A stretch of 62,784 nt of DNA, the filler included, from Octopus bimaculoides (Eukaryota): assembly GCF_001194135.2 (NCBI RefSeq). It is 9 parts of 8 records of this genome, joined end to end, with 100 filler letters (N's around TTAATTAATTAA, not from the genome) between each part and the next. Parts side by side here need not be neighbours in the genome. Positions count along the whole stretch, not along the records: positions 30,044 to 40,222 come from NC_069004.1; positions 40,323 to 45,088 come from NC_068983.1; positions 45,189 to 47,422 come from NC_068986.1; positions 47,523 to 49,516 come from NC_069002.1; positions 49,617 to 55,863 come from NC_068983.1; 4 more parts are not named here. One strand, 5' to 3'. The position numbers and the translations under genes are program-made. Below are positions 39,278 through 52,791 of this stretch, piece by piece. How positions within the stretch are numbered: position 1 is the stretch's first letter; every line of letters starts with the position of its first letter. The notes below the pieces were generated by a model. The model was not told the DNA's origin. It searched no databases and worked only from the letters and a program-made list of their open reading frames with translations.

Positions 39278-39419
39278 GAACACCCCTTTCATGTAACGAG
39301 TAGTATGTGCTACTCATAACAAATATTGTTGGAAGTCAAGAAGTTGGCAAAGTGAGTCATAGATAGTCCTGTTTTACTTGTCTAACTAACTATACTGCTA
39401 TACCATAGTAGATGTTGCA

Positions 39420-39815
39420 ACAGTCTGACATTGGCACAAGTGCATTTTATGCAGCATTGACATGAGTGCATTTTACATGGCACTGGCATGATTGCAATTT
39501 ATCTGGTACTGGCATGAGTGCATTTTATATGGCATCAACACCTGCTAGACAGAGACCTCTCAGCTGGGAGAGAGTGTGGAGGTATGGCCATAAAGGACAT
39601 GACTGTATGTATGGATGGCCATGATTTTACTTATCTTGATGTGTGTTCTCAAGTACAGCAAATAGCCAAAAGTCTTACTCCATTGTCATCTCAGTGAGGC
39701 CCAGAATCTGAAGATCCTTTTTCTCCACTTCATTCCACATCTTCCAGGGTCTACCCCTTCCACAGGTTCCCTCCACAATTAGACTTTGATACTTCTTTAT
39801 GCAGCTGTCCTTATC
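39420..39815 (-). mobile_element. RTE 3' end with variant UTR
   Basis: Reverse complement reads RGRPWKMWNEVEKKDLQILGLTEMTME..YAVLEN..QDK*, followed by TGCCATGTAAAATGCAC units. Confidence 0.7.
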
Positions 39816-39854
39816 CATATGCGCCAAGTGCATGTGTGTGTGTATATATATAAA

Positions 39855-40712
39855 AGGACAGGAAAAAACAAGGATGGATCATTTGGAGCTTCCTATCCTC
39901 AGTCGAGTACCAGATTATCTTAGTAGTTTCGGCCAGTTACACTCAAGACTGCTCCAGTTTGGCTGGTCCCAAGAAAATCTAAGCTAAGATCACTATATCT
40001 ATATCTATATATATATATACATATAGGCGCAGAAGTGGCTGTGTGGTAAGTAACTTGCTTACCAACCACATGGTTCCGGGTTCAATCCCACTGCGTGGCA
40101 TCTTGGGCAAGTGTCTTCTACTATAGTCTCGGGCCGACCAAAGCCTTGTGAGTGGATTTGGTAGACGGAAACTGAAAGAAGCCAGTCGTATATATGTATA
40201 TATATGTGTGTGTGTGTGTATGNNNNNNNNNNNNNNNNNNNNNNNNNNNNNNNNNNNNNNNNNNNNTTAATTAATTAANNNNNNNNNNNNNNNNNNNNNN
40301 NNNNNNNNNNNNNNNNNNNNNNAATACAAAATGGGACAAGAACGCAAAACATCCAGACAGTTAGGTGATACAAAAAAGGGACAACAAGACATCCAGATAG
40401 TCGATACAAAGAAAAAAAGGACGGGTCATTCGGAGTTTTCTTTCCTCAGTCGCGTTCCAGTTTATCTTTGCAATTTCGGCTAGTTATACACGAGATTTTT
40501 TAAAATCTGGCCCGCCCCAAGGAAAAACTAAGCTAAGAACATTAGATTCCTTGGGAGAAAGCAGCGAATGTATACGAAAACAAGGACAGAAAAAAAAAAA
40601 AACGGAAAATGTTACGCAAATACAATAACAGGACATAACATCAGGTGTCTTTTGACTAAGGACGAATTAAATTAAGCTGACGCGTGTGGAAATAAAACCT
40701 TACGGCAGGGAT
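39855..40712. repeat. Two copies of a dispersed repeat on either side of a scaffold join, with a type A SINE head at 40026-40222
   Basis: 39880-39990 aligns with about 40405-40520 (TCCTCAGTCG.GT.CCAG.TTATCTT...CCCAAG.AAA..CTAAGCTAAGA). Confidence 0.65.
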
Positions 40713-40784
40713 ACACATACACACATATATAGGCACATATATACATATGTATCTAACGCATACATGCACCTATGCGTATGTGTG

Positions 40785-41140
40785 TATGGAGTGGCTGTGT
40801 GGTAAGTAGCTTGCTTACCAACCACATTGTTCCGGGTTCAGTCCACACTGCGTGGCACCTTGGACAAGTGTTTTCTATTATAGCCTTGGGCCGACCAAAA
40901 CCTTGTGAGTGTATTTGGCAGATGGAAACTGGAAGAAGCCTATCGTATATATGTATATATTTACGTGTGTGCGTGTGTGTGTGTCATTGTGTTTGTGTCA
41001 TTGTGTTTGTGTTTGTCCCCCGCCTACTATCGCTTGACAATCGATACTGGTGTGTTTACATTCCCGTAAATTAGCGGTTCGACCAAAGAGACCGATAGAA
41101 TAAGTACTAGACTTACAAAGAATAAGTCCTGGGTTCTATT
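40785..41140 (+). mobile_element. Type A SINE (tail truncated)
   Basis: Colinear with 24893-25220. Confidence 0.88.
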
Positions 41141-41149
41141 TGTCATGGG

Positions 41150-41990
41150 TCAACCGATTAAAACATTTTTTGTTGACCTGCTGAAGTTTATCCATGACGT
41201 CCAGTGGTAATCATCTTCTTCATTTGTGAATCTCTCCGCTGATTGCTACACACCTTTCCTCAATGTGCATTTCCCGTTACAGATTGGGACATAGAAATAC
41301 TTCGATGATGAGGGCAGCTTTTAGTCTGCGTGCGTGTATCTTTTCTCGCTTCTTCTGTCTGCAGAGAACATTTATTTCCGAAGTCTTCAGCCCTCACCAT
41401 TTTCAACAGCAACACTATCAAACTGGCAATGACTTTCATTCGCGAAGGCTTGGTGTAGTACCTCATGAGAATGGACATTTTTTGATATTCGAAAAGTGAC
41501 GAGCTGAAAGAATCGTTAGTGCGGCGGACAAAATGCTCAGCGACATTTAAGATTTTACGTTCCAAGTTCAAAGGTCGACCTCACCTTATATGGTTTGGAG
41601 TTCGATAAAACATGTACCGGCCAAGCAAAAGGGTCGTTCTATTCGACTGACCTTTCGCTGCAAAATTTCTAGTCTTATGCCTGTAATATAGAAAATAATT
41701 ATTTGATCTTTGAACCACTTCATTGGCCGCTCAAACAGGTTTTGATCACGGTGTAGCTATAGCAGTCATTAGTAGGGTATCTTACTGCAAAAACGTGAGT
41801 CGGACATTTGCAATACACGTTTCAATTAATCACAGTTGATACTTGTATTGCGTGCATTCGCTGGTACTGGTGTTATTTCGATGAAGAATATCTCCGTATG
41901 CAATCCTATCCCTCCAAATGGCTGAATGAATCTCACTGAATCATGCAATTTTGGCATTAGTGGTCCATGTCTTGCACAGACACAAGACGG
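41150..41990 (-). mobile_element. Possible highly degraded Tc1/mariner-type transposase relic
   Basis: Minus-strand fragments SKPYKVRSTFELGT*NLKCR*AFC and FANESHCQFDSV resemble the KPYKIQ...R..FC and FSDE motifs. Many stops, so the evidence is weak. Confidence 0.35.
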
Positions 41991-41999
41991 CAAGTATGG

Positions 42000-42305
42000 A
42001 ATTTAAGGTGCTTCCATAAAAATCGAAAAACTAAGGGTTCCAATCTGGTCAGTGTTTTCTTGGGACAAGGTACGACGGCTAGGCGGTAGCACACTACTGA
42101 GGCAGTGCATGCATTCGCTACTTCAGCTCAGTCTTTGAGAGACAGCTACCTTTCAACTCATTTCTGGGTGAACTTAGCCAACCAGACCATGACCTCTTCC
42201 CAGTTCCTATCCACCTGGAGACCTGGTCCGAAGCAGATTCCCAGATCCCAAAACTTTCACCGGAACCTCTGTTCACAGACAGAAAGTGCTCCAGTGTTAT
42301 GACTG
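42000..42305 (-). mobile_element. L1/Tx1-like LINE fragment paralogous to 58030-58310
   Basis: The reverse complement aligns with CCAGGTAGACAGGAAC..GAAGAGGTCATG..CTACCGCCTAGCCGTC.TACCTTGTCCCAA at 58.1-58.25 kb. Confidence 0.8.
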
Positions 42306-43775
42306 AAACAAATAAAAGTTAAAGTTTACACACACACACACACACACAAACACACAAACACACATATATACGTATATACATATATATATATATAATATAA
42401 TATATAATATATATATATATGTATGCATGTGTGTCTTTGTACATAGTTATATGGATGCATATATGTGTTTGTGTGTGTATGTATGTGCGTGTGTGTGAAG
42501 TGTACACATATATATACAAACGTACATTCATACATACATACCCACATACCTAGATACCTACATACATACATGCGTACATACATACCTATATACATACATA
42601 CATACATACATGCATACCTACATGCATACATAAATATATGCATACATACATACATGCATATATAATAATACATACATATATACATACATACATACATACA
42701 TGCTTACATACATACATACATACATACATGCATACATACATACATACATACATACATACATACATACATACATACATACATAACTCTTGGTTTGTACATA
42801 TGAGTGGGTGCTTGTTATTATTGCTTTAAAAAAAAACGTTCTGTTTTCCATTTATAAATAAATCGCAAATATATTTTCGATATCTTTCTTGAACTCAGTG
42901 AAAAGGTTATAATTTTCTGAACGAACGTAAAAGCGTTTATATTTTATTTATTGGAATCACAGGAAACACCTGTTGAATTCCATACAATAAGCTCTAATCA
43001 GCAGGACTGTTGGCAAAGAAGTTTTTGCTAAAATCACACAGCGTGTTATGTTATCACGCATTTTTTGTTATTTAAAGAATAAACTGATTGTCGTCAAAAT
43101 AAACGAACGCGAGATAAAAAAAAAAAAAAAACAACAACATAAACATTAATGATGCCATCTTTGGAAGATTCAAATGATTTACTTTCGCCTTTTTTATGTC
43201 TATTTGTCGGGTCGAGGAAAGAGTTATTGTGCGGCCGAGCGATCTGTTAACATTTAATAACTAAACCTCCTTCCTGAATTACACCCTGCTGTTTTTGAAA
43301 CTGTATGGGGGATTGTATTGGATAATGGCTTTCTATTTACGCTTTTTGAAAATAAAGAGGAGGTGGTCATAACTGATCATTGGGTTGCTCAATCAGGGAT
43401 GAGTCGAGGTTAGCAATAACCTTATACATATTTAAAACAGCTTGGTTTGATAATATCATGACTTGGTCCTTGAGAACTTTAGTAGTGTCTTCTCAGATGC
43501 TGAATGAATGCACGGGTCTCTGCATGGTCACTTGACCTGCTGAAAATAGGAACCAAATCTCAAATCATTCCCCTGTCATAAGGTATGTATTTATTGCATA
43601 ATGACGGTTTTCTATATAAAATATCTGAAAATAGAGCGGGTGGTCATATCTGGAATGCTTTTGATCATAGGGCTGCTCAATCAGAAATGATGTAGGATTA
43701 GCAATAACAACCTGTATGTTATACTTTAATAATCTTGTTAAATATTTTTAGTTGTTTTGACAGGCATAATCTGTT

Positions 43776-44402
43776 GCCTGGTTTAATAACTCTTTCTATT
43801 ATAAGGGCAGGGCCTGAAATTTTGGGGGAGGGGTATGGCTAGTCGACTATATCGATTTCAGTGGTCAGTTGGTACATATTTTATCGACACCGAAAGGATG
43901 AAAGTCAAAGTCGATCAAGAAAGAAATACTGCTAAACTTATTGTCCAACGTGTTAGTGATTCCGCCAGCTTGCCGCCTTTCTGCCTGGTTTTAAAATGGC
44001 TTCAAATTTTGGCACAAGGCCAGTAAGTTCGGGGAAGGGGGTAAGTGTATTACATCGATTCCAGTGCTTGCCGGGGTAAAAGGCTAATTTGATCTTAAGG
44101 GGATTTGAACTCAGAACGTAACGACGGACGAAATGCTGCTAAGGGTTTTGCCCGACACGTTAACGATTCTGCTAACTTACTGTCTTTCTGCCTGGTTAAA
44201 TAATCTTTTCTACGAAGGGCACAAGGCCTGACATTTGGGGGAAGGGGGCCAGTCGATAATTAATCGACCCCGAAAGTATGAAAGGCAAAGTCGACCACGA
44301 CGGAATTTGAACTCAGAACGTAACGACAGACGAAATACCGCTAAGCATTTCGCCCGGCGTACTAACGATTCTGCCAGCTCGTCGCCTTGCCTGGTCAAAT
44401 AA
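43776..44402 (-). mobile_element. Three head-to-tail type B SINEs separated by four copies of GCCTGGT(T/C)(T/A)(A/T)A(T/A)AA
   Basis: The motif is at 43776, 43983, 44190 and 44389; each interval is a reverse-complement type B SINE with its own deletions. Confidence 0.85.
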
Positions 44403-45035
44403 TGCCACGACTTTGTCCTTGGGTGCTTTAGAGAATTCCAATCAGTTGCTGAATGACTGAACAAGCTCATACAGCATCGATCAAACTGTTGAAAATAGCA
44501 ACCAAATTCCCTTCAAATCATTCTAAAAGAAAAAATAAAAGATATAAATAAAAAACGAGGACGGTCACTGCTGAAAATCGATTGATCATCGGTTCGCTTG
44601 AGTAGGGCTGATCTCGAGATGACAAACAGCATCAACAACAATTCATTCTGTTATAAACATTTGGACCAGTCCCCCGATAACATTACTGCGCTTCCTACCA
44701 GTTTTCTCAGCCCTGACAGTGGTCAGAAGTGCCGCTCTTCAGAGAAACGAGTGTCTTTAAATGTATAAGGTTACCATGGAACACAGTACTCTGTGATTTT
44801 TGTAAGTTCAAACCACAACGCTTAAAATCATCTCTGCTGATACACCTGACAGCAGTTCTTCTGTCTTTACGTTCTGAGTTCAAACTCCGCCGAGGCCGCC
44901 ATTACCTTTCATCCTTAAGGGGTCGTTAATATAAATGCTGTCCAAAGAGTAATCCACTTACCCACTTCCTCTAAACTTGGTGGCGCTGTGCCAAAATTTG
45001 AAACCAATATATATGTGTGTGTGTGTGTGTGTGTG

Positions 45036-45088
<53 letters not shown>

Positions 45089-45259
45089 NNNNNNNNNNNN
45101 NNNNNNNNNNNNNNNNNNNNNNNNNNNNNNNNTTAATTAATTAANNNNNNNNNNNNNNNNNNNNNNNNNNNNNNNNNNNNNNNNNNNNAAATTATTGAAA
45201 TTAATCATTACGCCCCCCTAGTTTTATTACACATAAGAAAAAAAATCGCAGTGACTTAC

Positions 45260-46333
45260 TTTGGTTTTATTTATCACACGATTCCAATCTGTACACACCT
45301 GGGGACAAGTATAGAATAGATCACGAGCTGGTAATTGACAGAAAATGATCCTCTTTAGTTCTTCGGGTAATCGTTCAAAGAAATTGACTTTTTCTAAGAT
45401 ATCATCACAGCTGTTACCAAAAAGACCATAATGTTTTTCTGCAAAATTGCATGCACTACTTGTATTGTTATCTTCGTCATCATCAGAGTTACTTAACACT
45501 ATTGCAGCTGTTTGCATTCGGTAGAGAGGTCTTTTACGTTTTCTAAGATTTTTAACGTTCGTCGACCGGCGATCTTCAGAACTTTTCACCGTCGTACCTA
45601 CAGGATGGGAAGACCCAATGCGTTTACTGTCTACATTAACAGAAGGATTGACGGGAGGGACTTGAGAGGGGTTCGGATTTTCACGAGGGATAACAGTTTT
45701 TTTCGGCGAACTAGAGTAAAATTGTAAGAGGCTACTCTGATTTTCAATTTGATGATTCTTTTTCTTTCGTGTTTGTTTACGAGGCTGTAAAAATTTATTT
45801 ATATTTCCCGCCTTTTTCAAAACAGAAAATGGGTTTACGAGAGCTTTCGATCCTTCTTCCGTGTTTTGATAATCAAAACACTGGCTTGTTGTCATAAGAA
45901 TTTTACTCTTTCCCGAAGAGCTGTCACAAATTTTAAACGCATGATTAGTAGATACAGTCTGTTTTGTTTCGGAAATTAGATTTGCATGAGCAATTGTTGC
46001 ATCTTTTACGTGTGGTTCTTTTGGTTTTTCGATATTTTGTGGTCGAGGTGCTTTTAAACGAATTAACTGACTAGCTTTTGTAAATCCCGTAAACTTATCT
46101 GTAAATTTACTCTCTTGTTTTTCAGTGAAAGCAGAGATATTTTGGTATACGTTTGTTTCCAAATCATCGTTCATGTTAGTGCAGTCCCCCTTTTGATTGT
46201 TGTTATTGTTAGGATCTAGACATGGACTGGCAGTTTCAGTAGGCAGTATATGTGTGAAATCATTAGAAGTTGATGGGGAAGATTCAGATAAATATGTACT
46301 ATTCCGGGCTTTTTTAAATCCATGCCGAGGCAT
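45260..46333 (-). CDS. First coding exon of an F-box protein with a long disordered N-terminus and PIP box (probably F-box DNA helicase 1-like)
   Basis: ATG at 46333, 358 open codons, donor ACCAAA|gtaagt. C-terminal F-box FERLPEELKRIIFCQLPARDLFYTCPQVCTDWNRVI; canonical PIP box QSSLLQFY (45716-45739); basic NLS-like RKRKRP. Confidence 0.85.
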
Positions 46334-46954
46334 CGTATTTTTTTACAAGTCACATAGAATATCTTTTAGTATTTTCAAGTAAAGAGAGCTCTTGTTTAGA
46401 AACTACGTCAGAATGACTGAAAGAAAGCTATAAGGAACGCTTACCATACGAAAACCCAATAGCGTATGCTAACATTTTTTGTGTAGTGAACTAAGAAAAT
46501 TTAGTTTGTCACTATCACATAATTAGCAACGAAAACTATCAATATCCAAATTGGCAACAGTTTATTTTTTAAAAAGAGGGAGGGGAGGCAACTCTGGATT
46601 CCATTTTTGAATTACTAAAATGCATTCAATAAGTATTGATAAATTGTCAAGTGTACATTTCATGGTAAGTCAGAGAATCCAGGTTAAAAAAAAAAAAAGT
46701 AGCAGGAAAAAAGTCACAGGAATAAGCCAACGGAATATACTCTTAACTTGGACGGGAGAGTCATCAGCATGAAAAATACTGTATATGCATGTAATGCCAC
46801 TATCTTATTGAAGGTGCTTTCAATGTATATATATGTATGTGTATTGTTAATAAAATGAGTGACTTAATTTGTTTTTTGGTTGTCTTACTTTGTATAAGAA
46901 TTTGTGTAAAAAGTTATTTTTTTCACATGTGTGATGCGTACCATTATATATAAA

Positions 46955-47172
46955 TTGGTTTCAAATTTTGACGCAAGGTCAGAAATTTCGGTGGTGGGGG
47001 GTAATTCGATTACATCAACCCTAGTGCTCAACCGGTACTTATTTTATCGATCCTGAAAAAGATGAAAGGCAAGGTTGATCTTGGTAGGATTTGAACTTAC
47101 GACGTAGTAACGGACGAAATGCTACTAAACATTTTGCCTGGGGTGCTAACAATTCTGCCAGCTCGCTGCCTT
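46955..47172 (-). mobile_element. Type B SINE
   Basis: TTGGTTTCAAATTTTG...ACGGACGAAATGCTACTAAACATTTTGCCTGGGGTGCTAACAATTCTGCCAGCTCGCTGCCTT. Confidence 0.85.
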
Positions 47173-47216
47173 AGCACACACACACACACGCACGCACGCA
47201 TGCACGCACGCGCATA

Positions 47217-47257
<41 letters not shown>

Positions 47258-47759
47258 TGTACACAACTCATGTAGTCAGACAATAACTGATTTAAACTAT
47301 TTTTTGTTTTATTACTTCAGTTGTTTATAACACTTAAATAAACTGACTTTTTCTTGTTACTTTTTTAATTGCTAAATTTGTGACATTTTCTCTGACTTTT
47401 TCCCCGGATACCAAGTCAGATANNNNNNNNNNNNNNNNNNNNNNNNNNNNNNNNNNNNNNNNNNNNTTAATTAATTAANNNNNNNNNNNNNNNNNNNNNN
47501 NNNNNNNNNNNNNNNNNNNNNNTTGTGAGTTGTTTCAAGCATGACAACAGTTCTGTTCCAGGCGACGTTTTCCCTGGCAGAATACAAAATTCCCAGGAAG
47601 CACGCTGTTCGGCTCAATATTGTTTGTTCCTGAGTTGGAAACGGCAACAATTTGTTTGCATTTACAATGATAAACCAAGAATCTTGCTGCTTTATATTCA
47701 TCAGCTTAAGAACTACACTCCGTGAAAACTTTTACACTACTACTTGCGGAAGGGCTAAC

Positions 47760-47960
47760 TGAGTGTATAGTAGATGCCAAAAAGAACACACAAAAAAGAA
47801 AACAACAAAAGCGCGAGGACGCGGTACATGTAAAGTATTAGCAGACGCTTAGGAAAGAAAGATGGTTTAACGTTTCGAGCAAATGGTCTTCTTCGGAAAC
47901 ACAGGAAAGTCCAATACGAAAGGAAGACGGAGGAAGGAAAATCGCCAACGATTCACAGGT
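47760..47960 (-). mobile_element. Penelope-type terminal repeat with a degenerate hammerhead core
   Basis: Reverse complement GTTT-CCGAAGA-AGACCATTTGCTC-GAAAC-GTT-AAAC at 47864-47899. Confidence 0.55.
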
Positions 47961-48419
47961 ATATTAGTCAACGGAAACCCCACGGGATGGACTGGGTTAC
48001 TTGTCCGAGTTGTTGTGAGTTTGGCTTAATGATATATTCAACAATTTATGGAACTTTCACCACAAATCACACGATAACATAAATAAATCGTTGGACACTT
48101 AATGTTTAGTGATTGAAAATGTCTAAAGTCGAACCCGACCTCTTTTTTTTTTCTTCAAAAGATTTTTTTTTAAATGTTCATAGAACAAACTTTCATCCAT
48201 AATGTGGAATTAAAATTACATAAACACTTTTCACCAGTGTTAGATGTATGCCACATGATTCAGCTATTTTGTCTTTAGAAATTTTGTTTGTTAATATATG
48301 GTTTGCCATTACATTCTGTCGTGTTTCACAATATTTGTATATGGATGTTGTTATGTACATCATATGTGATTTCCTTTCAAGAAAAAATATGATTTTCTCC
48401 GTTTGCGACAGGTAAACAT

Positions 48420-48723
48420 GAAAAATTGATGATAAAGTTATTACAAAATTTCAACGAGAACTTATGAAGAATTGTGAAACTAAAATTAATAATCTGAAAA
48501 AGAAATTAACTGAAAAAAATTCAAGAAACAGTATAAAAATTATTGAGAAAAATTTCGGAAGTACAATTAATTTCGCTCGTGATATTACTGAAGTTTTCTT
48601 CAAGAACGGCAGCAATATAAGGAAACTGACTCTCATTGTGTGTTCGTAGCATCTCAACTAGAAGAAATGGAATTGATCAAAAAACGAAATACCAAACACA
48701 CACACACACACTCATATGTATAG

Positions 48724-48780
<57 letters not shown>

Positions 48781-49290
48781 TATATTTATATATACATATA
48801 TATGTATATATATATCATATATATAGGGATGACAGCCTTATAGTGAGCCATAATTCAAACGGCCATGAATTGGATAAGCTTACGAAGGATCTAATTGCTT
48901 TCTTCTAAAGAATGGGCTTACGGATTACGATAGATACTAATCTTAAAAGTGTAGATTTCTTCGATATAAATTTAGATTTACAGTCAGATAAATTCAAACC
49001 TTACCGCAAGCCTAATGATAAGCTTTCTTATATTAGCAAAGAATCGTCCGCCAGTTATTCTCAGGAACTTAATCAGTAATGTAGGTAGAAGAATGTCGTC
49101 AATTTCTTCGGATGAGACAGCATTTAAAAATGCTACGCTTTATTACAATATCGCATTAAGGATTAGAGCATTATCTGAGAAAATACAGTATAACCAACGT
49201 AATACTAGCAGTAATGCAACACGTAGAACTAGAACTAGCACGTAACACTGGACACCTTTTTTTACCGAAGCTCTGTTTCCGACTCGCATA
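48420..49290 (+). mobile_element. Penelope-like RT remnant (Naiad/Chlamys-like), interrupted by (CA)/(TA)n
   Basis: [58 protein letters not shown]; TLYYNIAL. Stops and frameshifts. Confidence 0.8.
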
Positions 49291-50676
49291 TGCATACGTA
49301 CGTTATAGATATATGTGTGTGTATGCTTGTGTGTATGCATATATGTGTGTGCATGTGTGTATATATATATAAATATATATGTGTGTGTGTGTGTAGATAC
49401 AAATACACATACCCTCGCATATGGATACGTACATTATAGACATATGTGTGTGCGTGCGTGTCTGTATGTATATATGTGTGTGTATGTGTATATATATAAA
49501 TATTTATATATATATANNNNNNNNNNNNNNNNNNNNNNNNNNNNNNNNNNNNNNNNNNNNTTAATTAATTAANNNNNNNNNNNNNNNNNNNNNNNNNNNN
49601 NNNNNNNNNNNNNNNNTATATATATATATATATGCATTATTGAAATTATTCTAATTATTTCTAAATCACACACACATGTATATATGTATATAAATGTTTG
49701 TGTATACACAAATATACATACAGATAAACGAAACGCACACACATATACGCGTATACAAACGTGTATATATATATATATATATATATAAACGCGTCTATTT
49801 GTTGATTAACTTACCTACAGGTAAGTGTTTATGTTGTTGACATTGGCTAATGCAGCACATAAAAATTTGCCTGAAGATTTACTTTCAAACAAGAACGTAC
49901 TTGTAAAATTACAAATATGTAAAATTTGAAAAATAAGATGTGAAAATAGAGGGATGTTGGAATTTGATTGACCAACATATCCGTACACAATTTTATAGAG
50001 CTTGAACTATACATACATACATACATACATACATACGTATTCAGATACACATATACAATGACACAGACAAGTGTATCTATGCACATATTTATAGTATTCA
50101 TTCATGAATTGAAGCTATTTGTTTTCCTATTCTACAAATTTCAGTTTAAAAAAAAAAACGAGTCGCATCAATACTAAGTGGAAATGATATCGATTAATGC
50201 AGAGTTGTAGACTTTAATTTAAATCGCAGCGTTCTGTTGATGGAATTTTATAAAAAAAAAAAATACCATTCGTAATAAACGGAAACAAACTACTGAAGAG
50301 TAAACTATCTTAATAAACATATTTGTAAAATCGAAACCAATTTGCATACTGCCATCAGTTTCAAAAATCAATACAGCAACTTAAATATTTGCTAATTTGC
50401 TGATATATATTCTCCATTTAGTTTCAAATTTACGAGTCGAATTTTCTCTGTCTTATGGATCACTGTATACCCCAAAAAACTTGTTGTTTCATATAGAAAG
50501 ATAGAAAATTTTGTGGAAGCCAATTCCATATAATTTCTTTATAACAAGTAACATTTGACTTACTTTATAACGAGTAAGGTTTGACTAAAAGCTATGATAT
50601 TTCCCAGTTGAAGCAATAATCATGCTAGTGTAAACAACTGTGTATGTTATGTTGTAAAACTTTGATACATACATAC

Positions 50677-50718
<42 letters not shown>

Positions 50719-51039
50719 TATATATACTATATAGATATATAGATAGATATATATATACGTATATATACATATATATACATATATATATANNNNNNNNNNN
50801 NNNNNNNNNNNNNNNNNNNNNNNNNNNNNNNNNNNNNNNNNNNNNNNNNNNNNNNNNNNNNNNNNNNNNNNNNNNNNNNNNNNNNNNNNNNNNNNNNNNN
50901 NNNNNNNNNNNNNNNNNNNNNNNNNNNNNNNNNNNNNNNNNNNNNNNNNNNNNNNNNNNNNNNNNNNNNNNNNNNNNNNNNNNNNNNNNNNNNNNNNNNN
51001 NNNNNNNNNNNNNNNNNNNNNNNNNNNNNNNNNNNNNNN

Positions 51040-51074
<35 letters not shown>

Positions 51075-51762
51075 TAACAATTGACATACAGCGTACATAT
51101 ACATAAATGCTTGTATATAGATGTATGTATATTTCCCTTTCTCTCCAGACACACACATGCATACATACATATACATTGTAAACCATATACAACGAAACGC
51201 ACACATAACACTCACACGCGCACACATACACACAAGAAGTGTAACTAGAAACGCGTTTGGAAATCCGACAGGGGTTTGCACTGGACAGATATGGTATTTT
51301 TACGCCCTTTTACTACAAGATATAATATAATTCTTTCTCCATGGTAATTGCAGTGAATTTGCCTTTGGAGGGTGGGGCGTGTCACAAGCAAAAGTTAACT
51401 AAACTAAAGTTCGCTTATGCCTAAGACCTGCTTGCCGCTGTTGCTGTTGTAATTGTTTCCGATCTGATGGTCTAACTGTGCAGCTCAGTCATTGTTGTCG
51501 ACCGTGCTTTAGATAAAGCTACGGCTTTAATTAAGTCTGTCTAGAGTTGCCTCTCTTCGGTATTTTCCATTGATAACATCTGAAGAGCTACAGGTGAAGG
51601 CTATGTTGTTTATTCACTGTTGTACAATGGCATGTACGGTGAGGATTATGCTTCTCTGGTTAAGTCTAATAATACCAAAATCTGTCTCTAGTTGTCTCCT
51701 GTACTTGCCAAAAGATTAAATTAACATCAGCTCTTGGATTAAAGTCGCATTTTTACCTCTAC

Positions 51763-52050
51763 ATGTTGTTGTTTGTTCCTCTCGAGCCATGCTTGGCTCA
51801 TAAGGGCCGGTTTCCCGGTTTCATTGGCGCATAGGTTCCCCACTTGGACGGGACGTCGGTTCGTCTCAGGTGAGGAAAGAGTGAGAGAAAGTTGTGGCGA
51901 AGAATTCAGCAGAAGTTCGCCTTTACCTTCTGCCGGAGCCGCGTGGAGCTTAGGTGATTCGCTCACAAATACACACGTCACCCGAACTGAGATTCGAACC
52001 TGCAATCCCTCGACTGTGAGTCCCCTGCTCTAACCACTAGCCCATGTGCC
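51763..52050 (-). mobile_element. tRNA-derived SINE, type E, with (AAC)-like tail
   Basis: Reverse complement GCACATGGGCTAGTGGTTAGAGC (A box)...GGTTCGAATC (B box)...GGAACAAACAACAAC. Confidence 0.85.
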
Positions 52051-52218
52051 TCCACTTTGTCTCCACGTACATACTTCTAATTAGATTTTCCATGCATGCG
52101 ACATTAATTCGTTAGCAGTAACTTAGCTCACTTATCAGGTGGTCAAAATCTTCCTGATTTTTCATTTCAGTAAAAATTATTCCCTACATGTGACGTCACG
52201 ATATCACACGCCACGTTA

Positions 52219-52494
<276 letters not shown>

Positions 52495-52709
52495 TTAATA
52501 TACAAAGGTTAATGAAAGCACAAAGGAGGACTCAATACATTCAAAGATAAAGTTTTAATTTCTATACAATGCCTCCGACAAGGATTTCAAAACGAAAGAA
52601 ATCTCAACAAAGATCAAGAGAAATTTGGTTCAAAGCATGTTATATACCGACGTGAAAAACCGTTTGGGTTGATAAATCATTAAAAAAAAGGTGGGCACAA
52701 ACACCTTTC

Positions 52710-52791
<82 letters not shown>

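Noticed and set aside
39880-40545. Minus-strand GAAA...CTGAGGA as a type II hammerhead
   Set aside because: The bases flanking the boxes do not form stem II, and stems I and III are not convincing.
44650-44770. Short protein-like reading YKHLDQSPDNITALPTSFLSPDSGQKCRSSEKRVSLNV*
   Set aside because: No clear splice acceptor and no recognisable homology; it lies among SINE debris.
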